The translations under genes were made by a program, and so were the position numbers. Positions 20,089 to 29,815 of a DNA stretch of 64,000 nt are shown here, piece by piece. Numbering within the stretch: the first letter of the stretch is position 1; every line of letters starts with the position of its first letter. Source of the stretch: Candidatus Undinarchaeota archaeon (lineage in GTDB: Archaea > SpSt-1190 > JASMDC01); contig CAZFHY010000017.1 of NCBI GenBank assembly GCA_964519305.1, forward strand, positions 1 through 64,000, written 5' to 3'. The notes below the pieces were generated by a model. The model made no database searches. It worked only from the letters and a program-made list of their open reading frames with translations, and had not been told where the DNA came from.

Positions 20089-20829
20089 TCAAGGCAGGAG
20101 GAACGACATCTCCGTGGCGACCATGTCATCGGAGAGCTTCTCCAATCGCTCGATCGATCCCACGTCGTACCAGAACTCGTTGGTGAGATACCCGCGGACC
20201 TTCCCGCCTTCCTTGATGAGCTGTGGGATGAGATGTGCGTTCAGGTCCAGCACACCGTCCGGGTCCGTCCGCTTGTCGGCGAACGCTGCCGCACGCACGA
20301 TGTAGACCCCGATGTTCACTGGCATATCGATCCGGGGCTTCTCCCGGAACCCATTGATCGTGGTCAGAGGCCCGTCCGTGTCGGTGACGTCCGCCACGCC
20401 CACGGGGACAGGGAAGTCCCTGGCCAGGGCGAGGGTCACATCGGCCCCTGCCTCCCGGTGGAGCGCCATCATCCTGCCCAGATCGATGTTCGAGAGGATG
20501 TCGCCGTAGAATATCACAACGTCCTCGTCCCCCGCGGCCAGTAGCGCGGGGAGCACGGCGTTGCCCGTGCCCTTGAGGTCCGGCTGGTCAAGATGGTAGC
20601 TCATGCGAGCCCCGAACCGCGAACCGTCCTCGAAGTAGTTAGTGATCTGCTCGGCGTGCGCCCCGACGAGCACGTTCACATCGCAGATACCATGGTGGCA
20701 AAGGAGCCTGACTATGTACTCCATCAGTGGTTTGCCCTGACGCCCCAGGGGCATCATGCATTTCTGGAAGTAGAACGATAAGGGCCGGAGACGGGTGCCT
20801 TCGCCGCCTGCGAGCACGATGGCCTTCAT
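20089..20829 (-). CDS. Sugar-phosphate nucleotidyltransferase
   Basis: MKAIVLAGGEGTRLRPL, YGDI, FREKP, WYDVG. Confidence 0.92.
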   Translation of the reverse strand: MKAIVLAGGEGTRLRPLSFYFQKCMMPLGRQGKPLMEYIVRLLCHHGICDVNVLVGAHAEQITNYFEDGSRFGARMSYHLDQPDLKGTGNAVLPALLAAGDEDVVIFYGDILSNIDLGRMMALHREAGADVTLALARDFPVPVGVADVTDTDGPLTTINGFREKPRIDMPVNIGVYIVRAAAFADKRTDPDGVLDLNAHLIPQLIKEGGKVRGYLTNEFWYDVGSIERLEKLSDDMVATEMSFLLP

Positions 20830-20860
20830 GCGTAGGGAAGGGCGGCCGAGTTTTAAATTC

Positions 20861-22093
20861 CTATGCAGACCTGTCGCGAGGCTCGCCGACCATCCATGGC
20901 CTGGTGCCCCGGAGATAGGCAAGGACCGCTAGCATGGTCAGGACGACCGCGAGGATGGCCGGTCGGGGAGAGTACCACCGTCGCGCGCGGAGCGCGTACA
21001 CGGTACCGTCCAGTGAGCCGATAATGATGAGGCCGTCAGACATAGCAGGGGTGACGCTCGCGGGACCGACGGAACCGGTCCGGCCCTGCAGAGCCCCTGT
21101 CCGTGCACCGATCACGTGGAGCTCACCCAGCTTCGAGCTCGCATAGACGGTCCCGTCCGCGATTGCGGGGGGCGCGTCAACTGCGCACTCCATCTCGCGT
21201 TGCCACAGCTCGTCCCCCGTCGACGCATCGAGGGCGTACAGGATACCACCGCTCGAGCAGGAGTACACGATCCCGTCCGCCGCGGTAGTGGCGCCTGCGG
21301 CACCCGCCAGTTCGTGTTCCCATCGGAGCGCACCGGTGCCCATATCAAGAGCGTACACCCGCCCGTCCAACGAGCCTATGTAGACTGTCCCGTCCACTAT
21401 CGTGGGCGAGAACCAGTTGGACCCCGAGGTCATGGTCCGCCAGAGCTCGCGACCGGTCCTTGCCTCATGGGCGTAGACGTACGCGTCGCTGGACCCGGCA
21501 ACGACGGTCCCGCCGGCCACGGCGACGGGGGCACGAACGGGTCCGCCCATCAGAACGGTCCACCGCTGTGTACCGTTCCCCGGATCGAGAGCGAGGAGCC
21601 GGCCTGAGTTCGTGCTCACGTACACAGCGTCGTCGGTAGCCTGTGGCGCGGGCAGTTCCGAGGGTTCGTCGGTAAAGACCCTCCACCGACGCTCTCCCGT
21701 GCTCGCGTCCAGTGCATGCACGTGCATGTCCTGAGAACCGACGACAACGAGCCCGTCGGCAACAGCGGGCGAGGAATGGTGCAGGAATCCCTTGGTCCGG
21801 AACGTCCATATCGGCGTACCGGTGAACTTGTCGAGGGCATAGAGATGCTCATCCGCAGCGCCAACGTAGACGATGTTCCCTGCTACGACGGGCGTTGTGG
21901 TGACCGGGGCCCCCGTCCTGAACGTCCATGCCAGCTCTAGGTCGCTCCCGGGACCACCAGTGGTCGCTCCCGTGTTCCTCACGTCATTTCTGGGCACGGG
22001 CCAGTCCGCTGCGATAACGAAGGCCATGACGAGCAGTACCGTCAGGATGACGAGAATGCCACCGGACCTGTTCGCTCGCACCACAACACGCAC
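20861..22093 (-). CDS. PQQ-like (BamB-like) beta-propeller secreted protein
   Basis: Signal peptide; repeated S-P-x-V...VYVGS.DG..YALDA.TG...W; C-terminal TM. Confidence 0.9.
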   Translation of the reverse strand: MRVVVRANRSGGILVILTVLLVMAFVIAADWPVPRNDVRNTGATTGGPGSDLELAWTFRTGAPVTTTPVVAGNIVYVGAADEHLYALDKFTGTPIWTFRTKGFLHHSSPAVADGLVVVGSQDMHVHALDASTGERRWRVFTDEPSELPAPQATDDAVYVSTNSGRLLALDPGNGTQRWTVLMGGPVRAPVAVAGGTVVAGSSDAYVYAHEARTGRELWRTMTSGSNWFSPTIVDGTVYIGSLDGRVYALDMGTGALRWEHELAGAAGATTAADGIVYSCSSGGILYALDASTGDELWQREMECAVDAPPAIADGTVYASSKLGELHVIGARTGALQGRTGSVGPASVTPAMSDGLIIIGSLDGTVYALRARRWYSPRPAILAVVLTMLAVLAYLRGTRPWMVGEPRDRSA

Positions 22094-22149
22094 TCGGCTC
22101 TGGAAACTATTTATGCTTGCACGTTGAGGTTCGGTACCGGAGGAGCGTT

Positions 22150-23217
22150 ATGGCGAAAGCCGGGAGCACGGATGACGGAGCGTCCGGCGACGTCCGCCGC
22201 CGCCGTCTTCTGGCCCTGGCCAGCATCTTCGTCACCCTTCTCGCGGTCGAGCTTGTCGTGCGGATGATGCCGCCACCACAGATGCGCGATCCCATGAGCT
22301 CCTTCGCCCTGCGCTCGAGCAAGGACCCGCGACTCGGGAACGAGTTCGTCCCGAACAGCACGTTCGCCACCATCTACGATGGCGATCCGCGCGGTATCCT
22401 TCCCCCGGGCGGACGGGTCGAGTACCGGATCAACACCCTGGGCCTGCGTGGTCCCGAGCAATCAGTGATCGATGGAGCTGATGCGCGCCGGGTCCTGGTC
22501 CTCGGTGATTCGTTCGGCTTCGGTACGGGTGTGGCCCACGAGGGGACTCTCCCCGCACAGCTCGAGTCTGCCCTCCAGGAGCGCGCTCCCCCAGGGGTCC
22601 GTTACCAGTCGTTCAACGCCGGCGTTCCCGGTTACACGACCAGGCAGGAGCTCGCACAGCTCGAACGGTTCTCCCCCGTCGTACGCCCTCACGTTGTTGT
22701 CGTGGCCTACATGCTGAATGACGTCATGTCCGAGGAAGAAGCGCAGGCGGAGCTGCAGAACCTCTTCTTCGAGCGGATGGACATGACGGGCGGAGGGACG
22801 CCGAGCGCACTTGTGAACCTCATCAGCTACCGGTTCCGCAACAGGCTACACGGGGGAAGGATGAACGACATGTACCGCTCCTACTACACGGGTGACCGCC
22901 GCGAGGAATGGGAGCGGACGGCGAGGGCGTTCGCAGAGATGGCAGAGCACTGCAAGGAGCGCGACATCCATCTTGTCGTCGCGGTCTATCCGTTCCTCCA
23001 CGAGTTCGACTCGTACCCATATCGCGACGTCCATGACATGATCGTCAGGACCTGCAAGGAACTGGGGATCGACGTGATAGACCTGCTACCTATGCTCGAG
23101 AAGTACGAGAATCGGGAGCTCTGGGTGCATCCCACTGATCCCCATCCCAACGCCCAGGCCCACGGTTATTCCGCCCAGGTCATAGCAGAAGTCATCGACG
23201 GGAAGCACGCGGCGTGA
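22150..23217 (+). CDS. SGNH/GDSL hydrolase family protein
   Basis: N-terminal TM; LGDSF, NAGVPGY, LND and DPHPN motifs. Confidence 0.88.
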   Translation: MAKAGSTDDGASGDVRRRRLLALASIFVTLLAVELVVRMMPPPQMRDPMSSFALRSSKDPRLGNEFVPNSTFATIYDGDPRGILPPGGRVEYRINTLGLRGPEQSVIDGADARRVLVLGDSFGFGTGVAHEGTLPAQLESALQERAPPGVRYQSFNAGVPGYTTRQELAQLERFSPVVRPHVVVVAYMLNDVMSEEEAQAELQNLFFERMDMTGGGTPSALVNLISYRFRNRLHGGRMNDMYRSYYTGDRREEWERTARAFAEMAEHCKERDIHLVVAVYPFLHEFDSYPYRDVHDMIVRTCKELGIDVIDLLPMLEKYENRELWVHPTDPHPNAQAHGYSAQVIAEVIDGKHAA

Positions 23218-23259
23218 CCGCCCCGGAGCACTTTTATTACTTGGCCTCCACAACGGACC

Positions 23260-24138
23260 ATGGTCGATGAGAGGCTCGTGGTATCCGTGGTCCAGCCCGT
23301 TCTAGAGCGGGGCGGTGACCAGAACCTCTCCCGCATCGTGTCCCTTGTGAAGAAGGCCACCGCCACCGGGCGTACTGATGTCGTTGTGCTCCCCAACCAC
23401 CTGACACGCTCGGCCCCCGTCTCCCTCCCCTGCGAGCTGACCGACGCGCTGGCCGACCTCGCGCGGGACAATCTCACAGCGATCGTGGGCGCTCTCCCGG
23501 AACGGACCGAAGAGTGTGCGTACAACACCGCATTCATCATCGGGAGCGATGGGCGGCTCATGGGCGTCCAGCGTAAGTTCATGCTCTCTCCTGTCGAGGC
23601 GTCTTCGTTGCGCCCGGCCCCTTCGGTGCGGGTGTTCGACACCGATGCCGCACGCTTCGGTGTCGTGGTCGGTGAGGACATCCTCTTCCCCGACTTCTCC
23701 CGGGTCGTCGGGCTCTCCGGGGCCGAGGTCGTGTTCTGTCCCTCCCTGGTCGCAGGCGAGCTCGTCCGCAGCCTGCGTACGGCCTGCTGCATCCGGGCGT
23801 TCGAGAACAGGATGTTCGTGGTGAACGCTAACGGCATCCCCGGCGAGGTCCGCACGACCAAGAGCCCCCGGGGACAGAGCACCATCGCCACACCGTACGT
23901 GGGCGACAACCTGCTGGCCAAGGGCCTTGCGAAGGAGGGCATCATCACCGCCGAGCTGGACCTGGCACGCTACCGTGAAGAGAAGGCCAGACCACCGGAG
24001 GCCCCCGGGAAACGCCGTGGACGGCGACGCAAGTACCGACTTGGACCGGACCCGCACAGGTGCCTTGAGCTTCTGGGCAGGGTGGGGCTCGAGCTAGAGG
24101 TCGAGATACGCTCGGTGAAAGGTGCGCCCGAGGAGTAG
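23260..24138 (+). CDS. Carbon-nitrogen hydrolase fold protein with substituted catalytic residues
   Basis: YNTAFII, QRK, RAFEN.MFVV.AN and G.S.I..P motifs; LPN replaces LPE and VGED replaces ICYD. Confidence 0.8.
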   Translation: MVDERLVVSVVQPVLERGGDQNLSRIVSLVKKATATGRTDVVVLPNHLTRSAPVSLPCELTDALADLARDNLTAIVGALPERTEECAYNTAFIIGSDGRLMGVQRKFMLSPVEASSLRPAPSVRVFDTDAARFGVVVGEDILFPDFSRVVGLSGAEVVFCPSLVAGELVRSLRTACCIRAFENRMFVVNANGIPGEVRTTKSPRGQSTIATPYVGDNLLAKGLAKEGIITAELDLARYREEKARPPEAPGKRRGRRRKYRLGPDPHRCLELLGRVGLELEVEIRSVKGAPEE

Positions 24139-24179
24139 GGAAGGCCCCGGTGGGACCGGGACCATCCTACCCGTGACCG

Positions 24180-24476
24180 TTACCTGCGCTTGGCCGGCCC
24201 CTTGAGGGCCGTGAGGATACGCTTCCGCCTAGTGGCGGGTTTTTTCGCCCTCTTGGCGGTCCCAATGCGCTTGGCAAGGGCCTTGTTATCGAGGCAGTAG
24301 GCTGCCCATACTGCAAAATCGTTGAGGTCTTGTCGGAGGTGGTACTCGATGGCGTCATCGTCCACCCCCTCCACGAGCTCTGCGAACTCGTTGACGGTCC
24401 GCGCCCGGCCCACCTCCGTAGCGGGATCGGTGCGGAACACGAACTCTTGTCCTGGGGGTACGGCTTGTCGTCCCAT
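24180..24476 (-). CDS. DUF5752-like protein
   Basis: EFVF...ARTVNEF...IEYHL...NDFAVWA....LAKRI; TATA at ~24503-24510. Confidence 0.75.
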   Translation of the reverse strand: MGRQAVPPGQEFVFRTDPATEVGRARTVNEFAELVEGVDDDAIEYHLRQDLNDFAVWAAYCLDNKALAKRIGTAKRAKKPATRRKRILTALKGPAKRR

Positions 24477-24675
24477 TGTAGACTGAATGGGTCGTTTCAT
24501 GGTTTAAAAAACTACTATTTTATTAATAGTTATTAGGTGTTACTTAGGGTTGCGATACTGATCCATAAGCCCGTTAATTTTGGCAATCGCGTACAACGTT
24601 TTTTCAGAAATTATCTGACAGGACCGCAGCAGGGTAACGTGCGGTATTATAAAGCATGAAACGAATTTCCTTGCG

Positions 24676-24882
24676 ATGCGTTCTTTCAGGGGGATCGCTC
24701 ACGGAGTAGCCCGTGCTCTCATCTCCACCGGGATGGTGAGCCACGGTATCCTGGGCGACTGCCAACGGGTGTACGGTGACCTTCTCGTGCTCACGGGCGG
24801 GGTCATCGGTCACAGGTTCGGTCACCCTGATAATCACGCGGAACCTGTTTCAGAGCTGCTCCCTGAGCGTTTCGAGGACTGA
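24676..24882 (+). CDS. Small hypothetical protein (68 aa)
   Basis: TTATAAAG at 24648-24655 sits at leaderless spacing to the ATG; GC3-rich; 33-bp convergent overlap with the next gene. Confidence 0.45.
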   Translation: MRSFRGIAHGVARALISTGMVSHGILGDCQRVYGDLLVLTGGVIGHRFGHPDNHAEPVSELLPERFED

Positions 24883-25797
24883 GCCCGACTCGCGGTCCCG
24901 CGCGTTGACCACCTCGGTGGTCCCGCCATGTACCGCAAGATCTCCCAAGAGCAGTGAGAGCAGCCGTACGGCGTTGCGGGGCGTGTCGTCCACTAGTCCC
25001 TCGCGCCCGCGCCGGCGGACGACCTCGTCGGCATGGTCGAGGAGCGCATCTCGGTCCGGTTCGGTCCCCTTTGGCAGGGCAGGGATGCGGACGACCGTCC
25101 CTCGCTCCCAGTCGACCCGTACCAGGGACGTCTCCACATCGATCTCGCGCGGTTCGAGAGCATCCACCATGTCCGCGTCCGGATCGCGATAGTCCCTGGC
25201 GAGCTCCGCCTCAAGGGCCGCGATGAGCCCGAGACCGCTCCGGAGCACGGCGATGTGGGCAGGTCCATCGATGGACCGTGCTGTCTCCACCACCCTGCGA
25301 AGGAACCGCTCCCTTAGCGGAGGGTCTGCCACGGTCTCACCGATGAAGGGTAGGGGCTCTCGCTCCCGTGCGGCGCACCGGTCGAGCCACTTATGGAGGA
25401 AGGGTAGGCCTTCGAGCGAGGCCACGCTGTCGAGCGCGGCACATACCTCGTCCTCACCGACCATGGGACCCTCACCTGTCCCCGGGCACCTGAACATGGA
25501 GACTCGCGGCCTCCCGTCCGGCGTGGCCCAGAGCCTGAAAGGGAAGAGCCTGCAGAGGAGAGGCCGGCCGTCGTGCACTCCGCACAGTGGTCCGTCGAGA
25601 TGTGGGCATCGGAGCGAAGTGAGCGGGACGTAGGAACGGAAGAGCGGATGGGGGCTCGCCAGTCGCCGGAAGGGCACACGCTGCGCGTCCTGTTGCGTAA
25701 GGTAGAGCCCCGTGAGCTCGGCACAGCACTTCCCGCACCGGACGCACTCGTAGCGGCGCGGAGTGAAGGCCAGATCGGGTGCGGGTACGGTCCCCAT
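24850..25797 (-). CDS. YkgJ family (CxxCxxCC) cysteine-cluster protein
   Basis: CVRCGKCC, CPHL...CGVH..RPLLCRLFPF, CPG. Confidence 0.85.
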   Translation of the reverse strand: MGTVPAPDLAFTPRRYECVRCGKCCAELTGLYLTQQDAQRVPFRRLASPHPLFRSYVPLTSLRCPHLDGPLCGVHDGRPLLCRLFPFRLWATPDGRPRVSMFRCPGTGEGPMVGEDEVCAALDSVASLEGLPFLHKWLDRCAAREREPLPFIGETVADPPLRERFLRRVVETARSIDGPAHIAVLRSGLGLIAALEAELARDYRDPDADMVDALEPREIDVETSLVRVDWERGTVVRIPALPKGTEPDRDALLDHADEVVRRRGREGLVDDTPRNAVRLLSLLLGDLAVHGGTTEVVNARDRESGSVLETLREQL

Positions 25798-25854
25798 CAG
25801 GATTGACCATGCATAAAAACCTTAAAAAGGTGGCCTCGCTCTTGAGGCCTGCTC

Positions 25855-26952
25855 ATGGAGGAGTACGGTCGCATTTGGGAGCTTCCGGACATCGAGCCAA
25901 AGAAGGGATTCCGCTGGTGCTGGTGGTTCTGGCTGGTGTTCATCGACAACCCGGTCGACCCCGAGCGGCCCCGCCAGGTCATGATCCTGTGGAGCTTCAA
26001 GGACTCGCCGACCATAATCCACGACACTCACTACCACCCTGGCGAGGGAGTGGCACGTACCGCGGAGAAGGACAGCTTCCCCGGCGTCATCGCCGCCTGG
26101 TACTTCGACGGCGAGGAGATGGACCACGATTTCGCACTGGAGCAGGGTCCTGTCACGGTAGTACGTGAGCTCGACAAACCGGGGAACGGTCGCCTCTTCA
26201 TCGACACGCCCACGGGCAACGACTACGTGTTCGAGGGCGCCCCTCGTGACTGGCGGCTGCGCATCAGGAACGAGAAGCACGACATGGACTACAACATCCG
26301 GCTGGAGGAACCCAACGAGTTCACCAGCCCCCTCTACCGTACCAAGCACTTCTTACGTGGACTGTTCATGTACAGCGTTGTCAAGCTCAACCGCTGCACG
26401 ATGGAGGGCACGGTGGACGGCGAGAAGGTGACGGGCACGGCCTACCTCCAGCGCATAGGGATGAACAATCCCTGCCTCCCATGGTTCTGGGGCGTGCTGC
26501 ACTTCGCCGACGGCTCGATCCTCAAGTACTTCTTCCCTCACGTCTCGACGGCCATCTTCCGTACCGACCCCGCCCAACGGATGCCGGGCCACGAGCGGTT
26601 GTGGTTCCCGGCAAAGCGCGAGATGGAGTTCTACCACGCGCCAACCGGCACCCTACACAACTTCAAGCGTGGGAACGTTGAGCGGCACGACCGCGAGAAC
26701 GGGATGCCGGTGTTCGACATAACCTTCAGGTCGCCCACAAAGGACCTTACCGTCAGTATCGAGAGCTACGCTCACACCCACTGGCGCTTTCGGGGGAAGC
26801 ATCCTCTCGTCCCTATAAACGACCTCTATTACAACGAGTACCCGGTCAAGGTCACCAATCTGTCATTCACCAGTGGGGGGCGCGAGGTGACCCTGGCGGA
26901 CACGGGCCCGGGTGCGGGGAACGCCGAGCACACCTGGGGCGGGTTGTTCTGA
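25855..26952 (+). CDS. Hypothetical aromatic-rich beta-barrel protein (tocopherol cyclase/CrtC/AttH-like)
   Basis: WCWWFW start; GTVDGEKVTGTAYLQR and PWFWG.LHF.DG motifs. Confidence 0.7.
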   Translation: MEEYGRIWELPDIEPKKGFRWCWWFWLVFIDNPVDPERPRQVMILWSFKDSPTIIHDTHYHPGEGVARTAEKDSFPGVIAAWYFDGEEMDHDFALEQGPVTVVRELDKPGNGRLFIDTPTGNDYVFEGAPRDWRLRIRNEKHDMDYNIRLEEPNEFTSPLYRTKHFLRGLFMYSVVKLNRCTMEGTVDGEKVTGTAYLQRIGMNNPCLPWFWGVLHFADGSILKYFFPHVSTAIFRTDPAQRMPGHERLWFPAKREMEFYHAPTGTLHNFKRGNVERHDRENGMPVFDITFRSPTKDLTVSIESYAHTHWRFRGKHPLVPINDLYYNEYPVKVTNLSFTSGGREVTLADTGPGAGNAEHTWGGLF

Positions 26953-26990
26953 GCGGGGCCGAAGTGCTCAATTTATAATGTTTAGGCCAT

Positions 26991-27311
26991 GTGGTGACCA
27001 TCGTGGCCAAAGAGCATCAGTTCAAGGAGATCGATATCGAGCTGCACATCTGCCTGCCCTGTCTGGATAAGGACAAGGTGCACGTGGAGTTCAGGGACGT
27101 CAAGGGCGAGGAGTGCCCCTTCTGCAAGGGCCCGCTCACACGCATAGGCCACACGCGCTCCCTTGACGGTGTGTACGAGCGCCTCTACATCTGCCCCGAG
27201 TGCAAGGAGTGCTACAAGGTGGACAACGACGGCGACTACCTTCACATGGGCAACGCCTTCACCGAGTGGTTCCTCAAGATCTTCGGCGGCCATGGCGAGA
27301 AGGTCAAATAG
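26991..27311 (+). CDS. Zinc-finger protein
   Basis: CLPC, CPFC and CPECKEC motifs; TTTATAA upstream. Confidence 0.75.
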   Translation: MVTIVAKEHQFKEIDIELHICLPCLDKDKVHVEFRDVKGEECPFCKGPLTRIGHTRSLDGVYERLYICPECKECYKVDNDGDYLHMGNAFTEWFLKIFGGHGEKVK

Positions 27312-27325
27312 ACAGGTGAGACCGC

Positions 27326-27586
27326 ATGCCCCCGCCCCTGGAGGCCGACAAGGAGACCTGGGAGTTCGAGTGGAACCCCAAGCGGCGCTTCGAGGAGTAC
27401 TGCAAGCTCATCGAGGATTATAATCTCCTCCGCAAGCGCAACAAGGAGCTCGAGGTCAAGTACGAGGAGATGAAGCAGCTCATGCTCGAGCTGCGTGAGC
27501 AGGTGGAGAAGGGATCCAAGGACCAGCGGAAGCTGTTCGACCGGCTCAACGCCATCAAGACCATCGCCACGCCCAAGGACGTGTAG
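27326..27586 (+). CDS. Small coiled-coil hypothetical protein
   Basis: AGGTGA SD; heptad E/K/L pattern. Confidence 0.75.
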   Translation: MPPPLEADKETWEFEWNPKRRFEEYCKLIEDYNLLRKRNKELEVKYEEMKQLMLELREQVEKGSKDQRKLFDRLNAIKTIATPKDV

Positions 27587-27592
27587 GCGACC

Positions 27593-28072
27593 GTGCGCGA
27601 GTTCCGCTACGCGGGCTGGCGACGTGATTCCGTGTTCGTCCTGGTCATGGACGCCGTCATCCTCCCACCGCTCGTCGGCCTTTGGGGCGAGGTCCCCAAG
27701 ACGCTGGGCGGAGTGCTCTTCTTGGTGATGATGACCACGTTCTTCGGCGGCCTCTGCTATGTTATAACCGACACGATCAGAAAGTACCGTGGGATGAGTC
27801 TCGTACTTGATGATGAGGCCGTCGCGCTCGTCCTGCCCGGACCGAACATTGCATTACTGAACGCCAGTGTGGACCTCCCACCCGGGCCGTGGCGTGTGCG
27901 CTTTACGGACATACGGACCGTCGAACGGACCTCTCGCTTGTGGTCGTCACGGAAAGCAGGCAAACTGGAGACCCTCCGTATCGTCGACCGGGAGGGCAAC
28001 GTCCACGAGCTGTCCCGGCCCTTCGAGGACCGGATCGACGAGATGGTAACTGCCATCAAGGGCCGCCTTTGA
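27593..28072 (+). CDS. Two-TM membrane protein, PH-like tail
   Basis: Two hydrophobic segments, then a beta-rich domain. Confidence 0.6.
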   Translation: MREFRYAGWRRDSVFVLVMDAVILPPLVGLWGEVPKTLGGVLFLVMMTTFFGGLCYVITDTIRKYRGMSLVLDDEAVALVLPGPNIALLNASVDLPPGPWRVRFTDIRTVERTSRLWSSRKAGKLETLRIVDREGNVHELSRPFEDRIDEMVTAIKGRL

Positions 28073-28141
28073 ACAACGGTCGCTGGCGGTGGGGTGCGCA
28101 GGTTCACAGGCCTGACGCCGGGGGAAGATCCCGGTCCTTCC

Positions 28142-28939
28142 TCATACCTTCCTGCCGATGATGCCCAGGTGGCCGGCAGCCCCGACTATCGACGGCTCGG
28201 TGCAGTAGCGCAGCTCCAGCTCGACGATGCGCTCGTACAGTTCCCGGTCCGCGAGCAGCCGCTGGGCGTCAGCCTTCCCGAGCTTGTCGGCGATGACGTG
28301 CATGCCGAACACATCAACGACCTCGAGTCCATGACGCCTGAAGAGCGCCTCGAGCTCCCCGACCCGGAAGTTGTGCTGCGGGAACTCCATGGGGAAACGT
28401 GTCCGTCCCGTGCGCTCAAGCCGGTCCAGTTCCTCGAGCCGCTGCTCACGCACGATCTCCACCATCTGATGGAAGAACGAGTCCACGGTGGCCATTACAG
28501 GCGCGCCGCGCTTCGCCACGCGGGATAGTTCGCCCATCGCCGCGTCCTTGTCTGTGCAGTAGGAGACGGGATCCCCCAGGGAGATGACGAGGTCGAAGGA
28601 GTCGTCGTCGAGCGTCCCCATGTCACAGATGTCCAGCTGGAGGATGGTGATCCTGTCCGCGAACCCGAGCGCCTCGACCTTCTTGCGCGCGACATCGAGC
28701 ATCCCCGTGGAAAGGTCGGTGAGGATGACGTCGTACCCCTTCTGCACCAGCTCGATGGCGAACTCCCCGGTCCCCCCTCCTGCGTCCAGGGCACGACCGC
28801 CCTTCGGTGGGAGGAGGGGTCCGAGCCTCGACCACTCGACACGGCGGGCGATGTCCCAGTAGCGGTCGTCGTAGGTGTCGTCGTACGCAGCGGCCTGCTC
28901 GGAATGGGATTGGGCCGCAGGGGATTCTTCCATCACCAC
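28142..28939 (-). CDS. Class I SAM-dependent methyltransferase
   Basis: ALDAGGGTG, TDLSTGML, FDLVI. Confidence 0.9.
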   Translation of the reverse strand: MVMEESPAAQSHSEQAAAYDDTYDDRYWDIARRVEWSRLGPLLPPKGGRALDAGGGTGEFAIELVQKGYDVILTDLSTGMLDVARKKVEALGFADRITILQLDICDMGTLDDDSFDLVISLGDPVSYCTDKDAAMGELSRVAKRGAPVMATVDSFFHQMVEIVREQRLEELDRLERTGRTRFPMEFPQHNFRVGELEALFRRHGLEVVDVFGMHVIADKLGKADAQRLLADRELYERIVELELRYCTEPSIVGAAGHLGIIGRKV

Positions 28940-28945
28940 GCCCCC

Positions 28946-29449
28946 CTACAACCGTGCCCGCAGGGTGTACTGCCAGGGCAGGAGGCCCAGCTTGCGGTAG
29001 AACTGGACGGCGGGATTATCCTTGACCACGTTGATGGTGATCTCGGTGGCGCCCCGGGCACGGGCGTCGGCGATGAACGCGCGCACCAGGGCCGAGCCGA
29101 TACCCCGGCCGCGAAGGGTGGGCTCGACGTAGAGCGAGTCCACGTGCGCCACCGTCCCGCGCCGCACTGGGTCGTTGGCGATGAGGTACCCGAAGACGTA
29201 TCCCACATGCTTCCCGTCGTAGTCGGCCACGATGACGTTGCGGCAGTCCGTGTTCATGTGGCCACGTACGTGACGCTTGAACGTGGCCAGCGCGTCAAGG
29301 TCGGTGCGGGTGGTCTCGGAGTGGACCGGCAGCTCAGCGATGCGTTTCCACAGCCAGCTGATGAACTCGACATCGGTCTCCCGGCCGTATCGGAGCTGGA
29401 CCCGTGGACGCTCAAGGGGAGCGCTCACCGTGGCGGCACAGATGTCCAC
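28946..29449 (-). CDS. GNAT family N-acetyltransferase
   Basis: LYVEPTLRGRGIGSAL; N.AVQFYRKLG. Confidence 0.9.
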   Translation of the reverse strand: MDICAATVSAPLERPRVQLRYGRETDVEFISWLWKRIAELPVHSETTRTDLDALATFKRHVRGHMNTDCRNVIVADYDGKHVGYVFGYLIANDPVRRGTVAHVDSLYVEPTLRGRGIGSALVRAFIADARARGATEITINVVKDNPAVQFYRKLGLLPWQYTLRARL

Positions 29450-29542
29450 GGAAGTATCCTCGTTCGCTGATCATTTATAAACATCCAATAGCGGCACGCC
29501 GCCCCCCGTCCGTACATAACGCATGACGACCTCAATCCTTCC

Positions 29543-29782
29543 ATGGAGGAGATCGGGACCCGGGTCACCATCAAGCCGCACATGGTGCGGTGGTCGCTCG
29601 ACGGCACCCTCACGTTCTCGTCCGGAGGTACCTACCCTGTGCGTGCCGGCTCCATACGCGAGATCAGGGAGGCCGTGGTCCGGCGCCAGGCCGAGGAGAT
29701 GGAAGGGCTGGAAGAGCGACAGCGTGAGCTTCGGCGCGAGGAACTGCGCGCGTCCCGGCGACGACGGCGCGCCGCCCCGTAG
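29543..29782 (+). CDS. Small hypothetical protein with charged helical tail
   Basis: Coding-like codons; TATA-like motif ~25 bp upstream. Confidence 0.55.
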   Translation: MEEIGTRVTIKPHMVRWSLDGTLTFSSGGTYPVRAGSIREIREAVVRRQAEEMEGLEERQRELRREELRASRRRRRAAP

Positions 29783-29815
29783 GGTATAAAAATGTGAACG
29801 CGCTGCCCGCGCCAC

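Noticed and set aside
24500-24660. AT-rich tract as replication origin
   Set aside because: No ORB repeats or cdc6/orc1 nearby; consistent with divergent promoters
24604-24852. In-frame ORF continuing past the YkgJ TGA (possible Sec/readthrough)
   Set aside because: The TGA is not at a Cys-equivalent position and no SECIS was seen; better explained as the antisense shadow of 24676-24882
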